Part shown: piece after piece, positions 25,001 to 38,400 of the stretch
Layout: every line of letters begins with the position of its first letter
Position numbering within the stretch: position 1 is the first letter of the stretch
NCBI GenBank assembly: GCA_030141605.1
Contig: JAQGDQ010000965.1
Span: 15,461-75,241, forward strand
Direction: 5' to 3'
Origin: Tubiluchus corallicola
Lineage: Eukaryota; Animalia; Priapulida
Length of the DNA stretch: 59,781 nt
Position numbers and translations under genes: made by a program
The notes under the pieces: generated by a model
What the model saw: only the letters and a program-made list of their open reading frames with translations
What the model was told of the DNA's origin: nothing
Database searches by the model: none

Positions 25001-26455
25001 GAAACGCCTTGCACAAAAAACAGGTTCGGTACCTCCTAGTTCGTAATTGTTAGTTTCTGACAAACTGCACAGGTTCGATAGTTCATGCGTGCGCACAGCG
25101 GTAAATTTGAAATTAGAATTTTTATCTTAAAACTCTTAGTACAACACACTGAATGTCTTACAATAGCACTGTACTTCAATTTTCCGTTTCGCAAACACGT
25201 GCAACACGCTCGTGGAATATTTTTGCTGTCGAAAATTATGTTAGTTTGTGATGTCATCAGTAGTTGGGCTCGCCTGCCGTAAATTAAATTTTTAATCTAT
25301 TATTTAATTATCATAAACAACTTAGCAGTATTAATCGTGTTAAAATATATACTTTTTATCGGACTTGAAAATGGGGTAATATATGAAAAATCATCCTGTC
25401 TTCCTTTAAATTCAGTTCACAACAGCAACTCAAAAAATCTTCAAATTCAAAACTTTTTAGTTTAAATTATTATACCTGTTTACATTTTAATTTATCTTTA
25501 AATATCCAAGGTTTTTCAAATTTACAAGAAAAATTTACTGTTGATAAGTGGACTAACCAATATCTTCTCTCCAGCAGACTGCAAGAATATCCAGTAATTC
25601 TTTCCTTCGACAGTCAAGCTCTTGTTCAAGTGTTCTACAGTCTTCAGGCCAATTGGGTACACCCTGACCTACATCTACAATGAAATACATTCAAACAATG
25701 TCAATAGCCTGAATATAAAATAAGTCTAGCTAGTGTTACTACACTTACAGAAACAAGATTGAAGGACAAAAACATATTTATTTATGACATACCCGAGTAT
25801 ACGTTTATTGGCAAAAACTTGACAACAGCTGATGGTGGTGCAAAGTTATAAAAAAACACTAAACTTTAAATTAATAAATTCAACTGTGAGAAACTAAAAA
25901 AATATGAAGCTCCAATCCACCAATAGAATACATCTGTGCCTCTAGATACAAATTTTCAAAAGCAAAGCTTCGTTTGTGCATCATATAACTTACAGGTATC
26001 CAAGTAACTCTGTAAATAACTTTAGTGAAGAATTAAATAAAATATTACCCAGTGCAACTGGAAAGTCTGCGTACATCTGTGGTGATATCAACATAAATGT
26101 GTTACAACACAATGAAATAAGATCTGTATCAAATTTAGATTTAATTGATTACTGCTATAAATTCACTTTGGTATGAAAATAAAATTCGTATGTCTTAAAG
26201 ATAAACCTGCAGGAACTTTTTTACTAATACAAGTTGTTGTATTACGGAAACATAAATTCCATAATAAACAATTAATGCTATTATTAATAATGAAGCTAAA
26301 CCATACACTGATTTTATTATCATTGAATTTCATGGAAAACCACAACCTAAACTTCAACAAAAAAAACTGTTAACAAAAGAGCTTTAATAACTGCGGGTGT
26401 AGACACCTTTTTGTTTCCTGTTTGAATCTCTGTAAGTGTTATTAAGACAATCCAT
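22059..26455 (-). CDS. Protein with PRR11/MTFR-like C-terminus (poly-Pro, WH2-like, SPGGTP, AL..KF), about 392 aa, 4 exons
   Basis: The large terminal exon 22991-22059 is open for 310 codons and ends in PTPPPPPP...LRPVPVKKSPGGTPAKKKR...SLLSSALHAKFQ, a motif block shared by PRR11 and MTFR2. In-phase upstream exons are 24592-24513, 25674-25558 and a tentative first exon 26455-26407 with a weak GTGTCT donor. Confidence 0.7.
23319..23427 (+). repeat. Dispersed repeat, probable LINE 3' end; inverted copy at ~57721-57830
   Basis: TTACTAATAGCAACATTACTTACAGGGTGGTTG...TTTTCGCCACCCTTTCACCAATCAC matches the reverse complement of ~57721-57830. Confidence 0.75.
23690..24363. repeat. Two related small elements with degenerate (CCCTAA)n cores
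   Basis: ~23720-23795 and ~24228-24315 are degenerate CCCTAA arrays, each preceded by TTT(A/G)CAATT(T/C)C(C/T)CACACA. The second is closed by the inverted TGTGTGGGGAATTGTAAAC. Confidence 0.7.
24975..25405 (-). mobile_element. DNA-transposon fragment with TTAA-AGG terminus (Kolobok-like); inverted copy at ~49440-49720
   Basis: ...TCGGACTTGAAAATGGGGTA...TGAAAAATCATCCTGTCTTCCT|TTAA matches the reverse complement of TTAA|AGGAAGACTCGATGATTTTTCACATACTACCCCATTTTCAAGTCCGA at 49436 onward. Confidence 0.65.
25720..26150 (+). mobile_element. Decayed LINE apurinic endonuclease fragment (CR1/L2-like)
   Basis: TLTETRLK...YDIPEYTFIGKN...GG and ITYRYPSNSVNNFSEELNKIL...YICGDININVL match the APE-domain ExWL, YRxP and GDFN motifs. 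Confidence 0.7.
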
Positions 26456-26699
26456 TGCAAATATTTTACAAGTTAACTAAAAAGTAACACGAATTTCTGA
26501 ATTTAGCGCTTGTAGATAGTGCTTCCATCTACACACATAAAATAGCACTTCCGTATCCGCTTTAAACGAACCCACAAGGTGGAGCCAAAAGAAGTAAATG
26601 TAAAATTGCGAACGTGGCGGCTTGTGTGTTTGAGCTGAATTGCCGGATTAATTTTTGGTTAAAATTCGTAATTGACATTTCCATTCTAAACCAAGAACT
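26456..26699. promoter_or_regulatory. Putative bidirectional promoter between the PRR11/MTFR-like gene and COPG
   Basis: The predicted divergent ATGs are only ~245 bp apart. An ETS-type CACTTCCG lies at ~26547-26554. Confidence 0.55.
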
Positions 26700-29600
26700 A
26701 TGATGTACATGAGAAGAGACAAAAAGGATGAAGAAAATGGTAATATCATTACATTCGTGGTAATGGCCCTCTGGTCGACAAAACTCATGACCTAATGTCT
26801 TGTCATCTGTTTCGAAAGCCTAATGTAATGAGTAATGTACCAGTCATAGGCAGGAATATCTGAAACTCTGTGTAGCAGACAGTCAAGCAAAGCGTAGTGC
26901 ATTTTTGTGCTAGTAATGAAGACGAACAAATAATACATTAACTATTTATGTAAAAATGCATAACAAATTAACATTACCAAAATACAAATCGTCTAATAAT
27001 AAAAAGTAAAATGTATTTGACGGATTTTTTTTCTTAAAATTACGTTTTTGCTAAAATTGTCTAATATTAAAAATACTTTTGCAATAGTAGTAACACTTGA
27101 ATTAATTTTTGGTTACATTATGCAATGCGGTAACTATGCAGCTGTTGGGGAAAATATCAACTTTTGCAAGTTCACACTTTCTCTTTCTGGCCAAGGACGA
27201 GTGATTTCTAGAGGTTACTAGTCTCGTGCACTACCATGCCATTTTTACGAACTGCAACAAGCATTGCTGCTGATACACTTTTTTGGCAAATAACGAATAC
27301 CAGATATCATCAAATATTTTTTCAAATTGACTTGCAAATTTTGATTATACCCGGATACGCTAACTAAACACTTGATTACTATCCCTAAGAGTTTTTACTA
27401 ATTTTCCTATTTATTTGTGCAAATGCAGAAAATAAGCTGATTATGACAGTTTGATAATAGTCCTGATAATCTAATGATCGGGACTCCGAGGATGGTGGTC
27501 CAGTCCCTTTGAATGGGGTACTGGGGCTCTGTATTCTAGCATCATACAATGTGTGCTTTTTATGTATTGAATTTACACTTATCACACCATAAAATGTATT
27601 ATTAAATATTCTCTTTCCACCATGTTGAATAGACTTAGGCCATTTCAAGATTCTTAAGAAACGTGTAATCGATCACTCTTTCCTAGGCGTATTGGTCTGG
27701 TAACTCATTTTGGTTGAGTGGTAACTAATTCTCAGATTCTGTGCGGCTAGGCCAATGCGTCTGGGCCCTGGTAGCTGGTTTCCGATTTTTCCAACCGTTG
27801 CTTAGTAAGCCTTTTCTCAGTTCCAGCGATTGATGATGATCATGAAAAGGTCAAAAGTTAAGTGTACCGGCAACTTGACAATGCTCACAGCCCATGCTAT
27901 TGTAATAGTCACAGTTTGAACAGCTAGCTAGAACCTTAACTAGTTCATTATTTCTTGTTCCCAAGCAGATCCTACTAGTAAATTACTCTATGCACAGACT
28001 AAGGCATAATTAAAACAGCTGATATTACTGAACTGATATGATAGATGGCTTTGCTTTATCCACATGTCACGTGATCGTTGTATTTAAGATGCATTTCTGT
28101 GGTACACTTAACCTTTGACCTACAGCAACTGTGTGTGCATACGACGAAACTGTGAAAAGTCTTATTGAGCTTATTGAACACTGTGCAAAAATTCTTACTT
28201 TTGATGTAGGTCAGGGGTGTGCAAATTATCTGACTAGCCGGGCCACATTAAACTTTCCCGCAATTCCTGCGGGCCACAGGCAGTTAGATCAAGGAGCCAA
28301 GTACAGAAAGGCCTAATAACGATTTTTTGCATCCGACCTGCGTACATCATTACTACTACACTCAAGAAACTATTTTAGAAGTTATTAAAATTTATATTAC
28401 AAACCATATATTTCTAGTTTCAGGACAGATAGTGGTAATTTCATTACAATGCATATTAGTAATGTGTATCACACAGTCTGTGTAGTACAGTGACATTAAG
28501 CTACAACCGTCTTGTAAAGGTTAATGGCATCCGATCTAGTAGAAAAAACTACCCGCACTATCTTTGGGATCGTGGCACGGACTTCAGCTGGACACACTCA
28601 ATCGCCCAGGCCGCACTTTCATTAGGTTGACAAATCTCTTCGCGGGCTACACAAATTTTCTCGGCGGGCTGCAATTTGCACACCCCTGATGTAGGTCTAC
28701 TAGAAACTTTTTTGAAAAAAAATTTGGTATGGCTACCTTTTATCACCAAATATATAAACCAACATTTGTAGTGACTAAATTATAATTATAGAAGTTTGCA
28801 GTATAGATTAAGAAGAATAACAAATTGGGTGCTTCTTTTTTTGAAGGAGGAAGCGGAAATCCATTTCACAACTTGGAGAAGACGAGTGTCTTGCAAGAGG
28901 CTCGAGTTTTTAATGAAACACCGGTAAACCCAAGAAAATGCATTCACATCCTCACCAAAATTCTATACTTGCTTAATCAGGTTTGTTAAACTTCATGCAT
29001 TGTTGATATCTTGTGTGCCTGTAGATTAACATTGTTGGCATTTTTTGCATCGCAAAGCTTTTTTAGTGTATTTTTATCTGCATCCTTGAGCTAAAGGTAA
29101 AAAAGTTATTCTGAGTTAAAGCAGTTTATTAGACAATACAGTTAACTTAGCTTAGTGGCATGGCCATAGATAATATGGGAGAAAGAGGAGCAGTCGCTCT
29201 CCTAAGCACATTTTTCAAAATTGTCACTTTTTCTATAAGCCAATTATGAGCTTACTGTTTGCAAAACTTTTTACTGTGTTCTAACTTAAATACAAAATAA
29301 CAATTATATATTACCGTTGAAGCTGCAACTTCATCGTGTCTTGATTTTGAACATAAAATTAAAATGTATAATCAATGCATTGAAATTGTTTAGTGTGTGT
29401 CACGATGTCTTTTTTATGTGCACGCTGCACCTAACTTTAGAACCTGGCTGTACCTCTGAAGTTTCTGCTGTGCATAAAACTTGTCAGTCTTTTGAAATAC
29501 CCTCTCCCTCAATTATTAGCTGGTAAATGTTATTTTGACTCGCACAACTATGAGCAGTAGCATCAATGTTATATAGTTATACTTCTTTCAAAAGTTTTTG

Positions 29601-32328
29601 TTTAATGACAGCTTTTAATGGCAACGAAGTTTTTCCGCATTTTTAGTGACATCCAGTTTGTTTTAATGGTGAGTTTTTAGCCTTTAGCCATTATTTCCTG
29701 CAGAAAACATGGCTGCATCATTTTAAAACTTGTTGAAATGTTTTAATGTCATTTAGCGGCGACTTACTGCATGTACCTGCTTCCTTTGGGCTATAAACAT
29801 GTAATATAGGACCACAGCAGTTTATTTGCACAAGTTACTCTGTATCACTTATATGTTGGAGAAATACACATCGTGCTTCAACTGAGGCATGTGGGAAAGC
29901 TTATTGCATGTAGCTGTAGTGTTCCTTGAATTATCTTCTTCAGAAAAGCATTGTTAATGTAGAATGCAGGAAACTTTGTTTATAATGCAGTCAATGAATT
30001 GACCGCACATATGCTGTAGTATATGCGCATTATAGCCATAGTGCTGTCAGTATATGTGGCATCAATTTGTGATTATGCGCGATATGCGCTAAATACAAGT
30101 CTAACAGTCTTTTAGATGTAATTTATGATTTTTTATTGTCCAAAATGGGCAATCATCGTCTCATCCCAAAATCACTATCACATCACGACATATTTGACTG
30201 ACTGACTGACTGACTGACATATTATGTGCGACTCGACTTCGTTTTATCTGAAGCATTTTCTGCTAAACAAATGTCAAAAAGATAATTAACTGCTATAATG
30301 AAAATGTATAATAATATTATGAAATATGAAGAAATCAAACTTACATCTTTGCCGCATCTTACTAACTTGCTAAAGAGAACTCGACTGACAAAATTTTGTG
30401 ATAAAACGACACGACGTACTGAACAAGAATGACTTCTTTCCTATCCTGTCTGCAAAAATGAGGCCAATCTCCTATTTCCTGTCCTAGCTCAGCTGTCTAT
30501 CAACAGCCTAAATTTGCAAAAAACAAACACAAGGAGGCACCACGTGCTTATATCCAAAACAGTGATAGCTAACTTATCAATTATGATTCAAAACTATGTT
30601 ACTAATTCTATGTTGGTGATGTTACTGTTTTTTATTTCACGTACGACTTAATGACTTTACAATGTTTCTTTTATTTATAGGGTGAAACATTTGGAACTAC
30701 AGAGGCAACAGAGACATTCTTCGCAACAACCAAACTGTTTCAGTCGAAGGACGTACGGACATGCATACATTACTTTATATTATTTCACTTTTTCTTTTTA
30801 GCTTCAGGTGTAGCAGCATTAAGCAATAGTTTTTGGTAACTAGCTGTTTGTTTAAGTGGGGCAATAAATTGCATTCCTGGCAGTATGTTACAATTGCAAG
30901 TTCATTAAAATCTCAACTGGCTCTTTGATTTAATTTCCTAATTGAGCAGGCTCCTTTATGACTTGCATTGCTTTCACGGCTACGTGCTGTGTGTATGCAA
31001 CAATCAGTCAGAGTATTGCTTTCACGGCTACATGCTGTGTGTATGCAACAATCAGTCAGAGTATTGCTTTCACGGCTACGTGCTGTGTGTATGCAACAAT
31101 CAGTCAGAGTATTGCTTTCACGACTACGTGCTGTGTGTATGCAACAATCAGTCAGAGTATTGCTTTCACGGCTACGTGCTGTGTGTATGCAACTATCAGT
31201 CAGAGTATTGCTTTCACGGCTACGTGCTGCGTGTATGCAACAATCAGTCAGAGTATTGCTTTCACGGTTACGTGCTGTGTGTATGCAACAATCAGTCAGA
31301 GTATTGCTTTCACGGCTACGTGCTGTGCGTATGCAACAATCAGTCAGAGTATTGCTTTCACGGCTACGTGCTGTGTGTATGCAACAATCAGTCAGAGTAC
31401 TGCTTTCACGGCTACGTGCTGTGTGTATGCAACAATCAGTCAGAGTATTGCTTTCACGGCTACGTGCTGTGCGTATGCAACAATCAGTGAGAGTTTTTAT
31501 CCGTCATATAGCCCTATTTGCCTCCATCGTAACATCTTGATGATGTTAAAGTTAAAACATAATGTGCAGCATAGACGTCTGACTTTATTTATTCGTAAAA
31601 CAGCCAAGTATACTTCTATTGCTCTTATTATTTAGTATTTTCATTACGATATGTTACCATCTGCACAACTGACGTGAACTAACATTTCATTAATGTAAAT
31701 TCAGCTTTTCTAGTGGCTTTTATATGAACACGATTATAAATTTTCCAGGTTTCCTTACGCAGAATGGTATACCTTTGTATCAAGGAACTGTCAAATACTG
31801 CTGAAGACGTGATCATTGTTACAAGCAGGTATGGACTATCCTGTGCAATTAATAGGAATTATACTGCATCATTTTGCTGTTTTAATGGCGACGGCGTATG
31901 TTTGATCTTGTCATTTCCGTGTGTTTGTCATACAGTAAGTCCTCACTTAACAACGTTTTGTTTTAAAGGACAAGAAAAGGGGCACCTGAAGTGGGTTTCA
32001 GAAAAATTGCCTTAAAAAGTTATACTACTTTACAGGAATTTTATGCGCATATCGCATTCGCGTTGAGAGGAATTTTCGTTTGTTTTCATTTTAAATCTCC
32101 CGCAATACTGTTCCGACGGCGTCATTACGTGACGTCACTAAAATGCGTAAATCAGGGAAAGAGATGCAAATTAATGTTATTGAAAGAAATCGTAGCTTTT
32201 AAATCACATTAGTTGTTTTTTCACAGCCTTACAAAGGACATGACAGGCAAGGAAGATATGTACAGAGCTGCAGCCATCAGAACTCTTTGCAGAATTACTG
32301 ATGTGAGTAATTTTGCTCCTTATTTATC

Positions 32329-32400
<72 letters not shown>

Positions 32401-35400
32401 CGCCACCAATTGTAAAACCCCAATATTTAAGACTTGAGTAGATCTATGTCATATAACTAATAGTCTCTTTGAAATGAATGCCTTCTTTTTGAAAGCAGTG
32501 CGATACTTTGATGTAATCAACTGTTTGCGGGGAAAAAGAAACAGATTTTCATTTTGAGAATAATACTTATTGTAAACATGCATTACTTAAGAAAACTTTA
32601 GAATTTAATTTTAATATGAAAATTATGTGAGAAAAGATAAAGATAAAACTTTAAATTTTGCACTTACTGATTTGGCTTAGCCGCTAATGCATTAGTGCAA
32701 AGTCTATACATACCTTCATGTAATACCCGTTATTAAACTATTTTTTAATATTTACTCCTTTCTGTTATTCATATAGAGCACAATGTTACAAGGAATTGAA
32801 CGATACATGAAGCAAGCTATTGTGGACAAGGTTCACGCTGTGTCCAGCGCAGCACTAGTGTCCTCTCTGCATCTCATGCGCACGAGTAACGACGTCGTCA
32901 AGCGATGGGTTAATGAGGCTCAGGAAGCTGTAAATAGTGACAACATTATGGTTCAGGTTAGTGTTGATGCAAAAACGTTTTTTTCCGTTACGAAAGTTCT
33001 GAGCACTTTTTAGTCATTTAACACCAGATGACTAAATTATGTCAACAGAAGTTGAAATTTTTTTTTCTTATCAACTAGTAGAAAATTATTCATATTCATT
33101 TTCTATGTCATTATAGAAGATAAGTCGTTCATCATAAATTTAACTTAATGACAAAATTTTACTTGACAATGGCAAACCAGACATGTTATGTTGACCGAAG
33201 CAAGCTGTGTCAACTTCTATTACAATGAAAACGACGGGCTGTGAACTTCTTCTCAGGTTATTTAGATCAGGGGTGTGCAAATTGCGGCCCGCCGAGAGAA
33301 TTTGTGCGGCCCGCGAAGAGATCTGTCAACCTAATGAAAGTGCGGCCCGGGCGATTAATTGAGTGTATCCAGCTGAAGTCCGTGCCACGATCCCAAAGAT
33401 AGTGCAGGTAGTTTTTTCTACTAGATCGGATGCCATTAACCGTTACAAGATGGTTGTAGCTTAATGTCACTGTGCTACACAGACTGTGTGATACACATTA
33501 CTAATATGCATTGTAATGAAATTACCACTATCTGTCATGAAAGTAGAAATATATGGTTTGTAATATAAATTTTAATAACTTCTAAAATAGTATCTTGAGT
33601 GTAGTAGTAATGATGTACGCAGGTGGGATGCAAAAAAATCATTATTAGGCCTTTCCGTACTCGGCTCCTTGATCAAACTGCCTGTAGCCTGCAGGAATTG
33701 CGGGAAAGTTTAATGTGGCCCGGCTAGTCAGATAATTTGCACACCACTGATTTAAAGTATAAAAATTTGAACAAAAAAACAGAATACACAAACACAATGA
33801 CATTAAGTTACCTTTACCTGCAATAATAACAAACAAGTTATTGTAAACGTGAAGTGTGGCTGACCATCATCATATTAAAAAACTGTCAGAAAAGTTTATC
33901 GCATAACGGTAAAACTGTTCAAGAACTTATGAAATTTTACGTAACTTGATTTTATATGCGTATTGCACTTTTATTCTAGTACCATGCCTTGGGTCTGCTG
34001 TACCATATAAAGAAAACGGATCGCTTGGCAGTTACTAAGCTGGTGTCGAAGTTTACTCGATCGGCTTTACGATCGCCTTACGCATATTGTCTTTTGGTTC
34101 GTATCGCCTGTAAACTAATGGAGGAAGAAGCGGCAGGGTAAGCCATTAATTGTGCTTTATTTCACTAATACTTGAGTGGAAAACAGTCGCTTTTGTCACT
34201 TTTATACTGCACTTTTCTAAGGTATGGCCTAATGTAAACTACGGTTTAATGTTTACCTAGCAAAGGCCCCGCAAAAAAGTTTGCGTATAAATACACTTAT
34301 AATCAATAATGCGCGAACATCCTACCTAGTGTTCGTTTATTTACCTAACGCAAAGCCAGCAGCAGCTTTTACTGAATTAAAGTTATAAGCAGAGTACAAT
34401 GGATGACGTCACAACAATGGCTTTGCGTCAGCAGTTTTCCAAGCGAAAATTGCCAAAAATAGAACATTTAATTAACTCGTCGGCACTCCTCTTTCTAAAG
34501 AGCCGTATATCTCCTTCCGAGAGTCCCACCGGGCGACGCTAGAACATTTTTTCCACAGGCCGTTTGGTCAAAATTTCGAAAAAATACAGAGTTGGGTCCG
34601 GGAAAACGCCCGTCACGGGACGCCGTGGCCCTCTCGCAAATTCTAAATACGCCTATGACACCCACCGTTGAACGGGCTATCTATCCATAGCCAGCACCCC
34701 CCTCGGCCCATTCCCGTTCTTCAGATCTCAGACGTATAAGTTTTGCAAAAAAAAAATGGCCATTTTTGGAGGTTTTTCGCCCCCCCCCCCCCCCCCGTTC
34801 CTCCCGGTGGGCCCGATTAAAAAAATAAGCCCCCAATGGCACGACACTAGATCAAGACCTTTCGTTTGGTGTATAAATCATCGCAAATGGTGCCGTCATC
34901 GGAGCTGTAGTCTCGAATCTTATATGTATATATATAAATATATTAAGCCCATACCAGTAGAATTAATATTGCGATACATTTAATACTTGATGGGATGTGA
35001 ATATCCAGATAAAATTTTACTCTGTTTGATTCTTCAGAGAAATTTGGACCCTTAAATAGTGTTTGTGGGCAAGGGACTGACATGTCTAGTATGACAACTT
35101 TTATTGATAGGGCGTTAGACACAATATGAGGGCGGTTATTAGACCCCAATATTAAGCACCTAACATTTACTCCGGCTCCTTGTTTATGGTGAAGAGGCAA
35201 AGGAGGTATCTGGGTCCACACGCAGATGAGGGAACCTGGCAAACGTTGAGTTCTGTACACGTTATGTAATTTCAGTTCCATAAGTGACGTTGCACTCGGG
35301 TGCGGTCCCTCGTTCATTTGTCAAAACTCTTCTGTGCTGTTGAAATAATTGATCAGACTTGTTTAACATTAGAATTTGCTGGTCTGTTGGTTGCATTGCT

Positions 35401-38400
35401 ATCATCTAGTGAGTGCCGCGCTGTGTTTCTGTGTAGAGTTACAAGCGTTTGTCATTATTGAATATCGTATATATTAATTCTACTGGTATTTATATATATA
35501 TAAGATTCGAGGCTACAGCTCGGACGGCGGCACCATTTGCGGCGATCTATACATCAAACAAAAGGTCTCGATCTAGTGTCGTGCCACTTGGAGTTTATTT
35601 TTCGAATCGGACTCACCGGGAGGAACGGGGGGGGGCGAAAAACCTCCAAAAATGGCCATTTTTCGGACGTTTTTTGCAAAACTTATACCTGTTATTTCTG
35701 AAGAACGGGAACAGGCCGAGGACGGTGCTGGCCGTGGATAGATAGCCCGTTCAGCGGTGGGTGCCATAGGCGTATTTAGAATTTGCGAGAGGGCGTCCCG
35801 TAACGGGCGTTTTCCCGGACCCCACCGCGTTTTGACCAAACCGCCTGTGGAGGAAACGTTCTAGCGGCGCCTGGTGGGACTCTAGGAAGCAGATATACGG
35901 CTCTTTAGAAAGAGGAAGAACGAGGCCACACGATGATGTGAGCTATATTTTAGGACACGACCACCAAAAGGAGTATCGACGAGTTAATTAGATGTTCTAT
36001 TTTCGGCAATTTTCACTTGGAAAACTGCTGACACAAAGCCATTGTTCTGAAGTCATCCATTATACTCTGTCTATAAACTTATAACTTTAATTCAGTAAAA
36101 GCTGCTGGCTTTGCGTTATACGTGAGGACTGTGTAGGATGTTCGCGTATTATTGATGATAAGTGTATTTATACGCAAATTTTTTTGCGGGGCATTTGCTA
36201 GTGATGCATTAATACATCAATGTATTGCTACAGGCCTTTCTGAAAGTAGAGGGCAGGACTCCACTTTTCAGAAGTTTGTTATCTTGAATAATAAAGATAA
36301 CCGTGTTTGTTTTCATTGACAGGAGTGACAGCCCGTATTTTGAATTTGTGGAAAGCTGTCTACGTCACAAGAGTGAAATGGTAATCTACGAAGCAGCACA
36401 TGCGATTGTCAACATGAAACAGACGACGGCACGAGAACTCGCGCCAGCTGTTTCCGTGCTTCAGCTGTTCTGCAGTTCGCCCAAACCTACACTTCGGTTC
36501 GCTGCTGTTAGAACGTTAAATAAGGTACGATACGCATTTCCAGTACAGACTTAATATCATGTTCAAAATGTAAGGAAAAGTGTCTGTATTTCTTAAAATT
36601 CTAAAGGAATTGCTGTCATTAGAAAGGAAATCTATCCCTATAAAGAGAGATCACGTCAGCTCAGCTGACATGATCAAAGACTGCTCTTTACACGAAAAAA
36701 CGACGATCAAGCTAATCGCGAAACAAGGTAATTGATATATTAAGTCCACTTAGAGGCTCTCTATGGTCACAAAATTGCAATTTGTTGCTGGCTCCAAGGA
36801 GGCTTCCCTTGAACCCCATTGGGGGCCTAGGTGGCCCCGAAACCCCCGGCCTGTTTCAGAGTTTTTTGCAATTTGTCATACTCATCCCTGCAAAATGGGG
36901 TAGAATGTGAAAAATCATCCTGTTTTTCTTTATGCATGAAATGAATGAATGTTTGAATGTGTAAACGGGATGAACGGTGAACCTTATTCCACTTGATTAC
37001 TTACATTTTAGGTAGCCATGTCTCATCCAGCCGCTGTTACAGCATGTAATCTTGACCTAGAGAATCTTATCACCGATGTTAACAGAAGCATTGCAACGCT
37101 GGCCATTACCACGCTGCTAAAAACCGGTAGCGAATCGAGCGTCGATCGTCTGATGAAACAGATTTCCAGTTTCATGTCCGAAATATCGGACGAATTCAAG
37201 ATCGTCGTTGTGCAAGCGATCCGGAGCCTATGCCTGAAGTTTCCACGGAAACACTCAGTCATGATGAGTTTTCTTTCATCGATGCTACGGGACGAGGTAA
37301 AGGTCAAACCCAAGTCTGCATTTTTTCTCGCAAATATAGTAACTTTTTTATTAACGTAAACATATTTTATTTTTCGCTATGACTTTTGGTATCTTTAATA
37401 ATGGAATGATAATACCTTGAACTGTAATCGAAAATGAAATGCATGTTTGAGAATATAATGCATGACAAATTATGTATTAGTAATGAATTAAATTGATGTT
37501 AAATTAGTGATATAGTCAGCTCAAGACCTGGCATTGCAACTCCCATATCCAACATGTCTGAACAGGCCCCAGATTTCCTCCTTGTAGCACACAGTCCAAC
37601 AGCGCCACCTACAGATTTTATATAGTCTTAGATAGTTTAAAACAATGTACCATTTTGGTCGCTTTTTAATTGAGAGCATCATTACATTGAGAGAAAATAC
37701 ATTTTCATTTGACTGCCCATATTGTGTGTTGTTGGAATCCTTCTGTCTCGGAAGACAATGGAGTGTGCACCAAGAGAGTCAGTTATTGATCACATTGATG
37801 GAGCTGCAGCGTCGACTGTGGCTGAGTAGTGCGATCCTCAAACGTCTCCAGGGCGCACGCCTGGGCAAGGTGTATGGAGATCCTGAGTTGCCCACACAAC
37901 AGGAACCCCCTCTCTTCCTCCCTGGTGTAGTCCAAAGGAAAGCAGAGCGATACGTTTGGTACCAGGTTGGCTGCAGGAGCTGCCGGAGTCAGTGAGCATG
38001 CTGCACTGGTCCGCCTTCGGGGCTCCACTCCTGATCTGGAAGGTTTACTCCTCTACACATGGTCGTTGGGTCACTTGACCTCCTCCGCTCTCTAGCCGTT
38101 GGCTGTTTGTGCAGCTCCTCCGCCTAGTGTCGAGATCATCCCGTGTATATAATTTAATATTGTCTATATTAAACGGGAAAGCATTGTTGATGCTTAAATT
38201 TTCAAGTTTCATTCTACTAACCATGTGTAGGGGTCACTCGAGCAAGTGATGTTATACTGTTTCTCTCGAAGAGTTGCAAGTACAATTAGTTTAACTGTGT
38301 CCAGTTCTGTCTCTGCATCTGCAAATGTGGAGATTCTGATTCAATCGTATTCTTGTAATTAATTGTATTTAAGTTGATGCAATAACGCAGTTCCCTTGTA

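Noticed and set aside
31536-31582. Box C/D snoRNA candidate (TGATGA...CTGA)
   Set aside because: The boxes are only about 45 nt apart, there is no convincing terminal stem, and I see no recognisable rRNA antisense guide.
30942-31635. Three overlapping 180-225 aa ORFs as a metallothionein-like or repeat protein
   Set aside because: They are explained by a stop-free 48-bp minisatellite within a COPG intron. The COPG frame is complete without them.
34943-35317. 124-aa minus-strand ORF between the Helitrons as a captured gene
   Set aside because: I recognise no domain or splice structure, and it runs into the Helitron end. It remains unclassified spacer.
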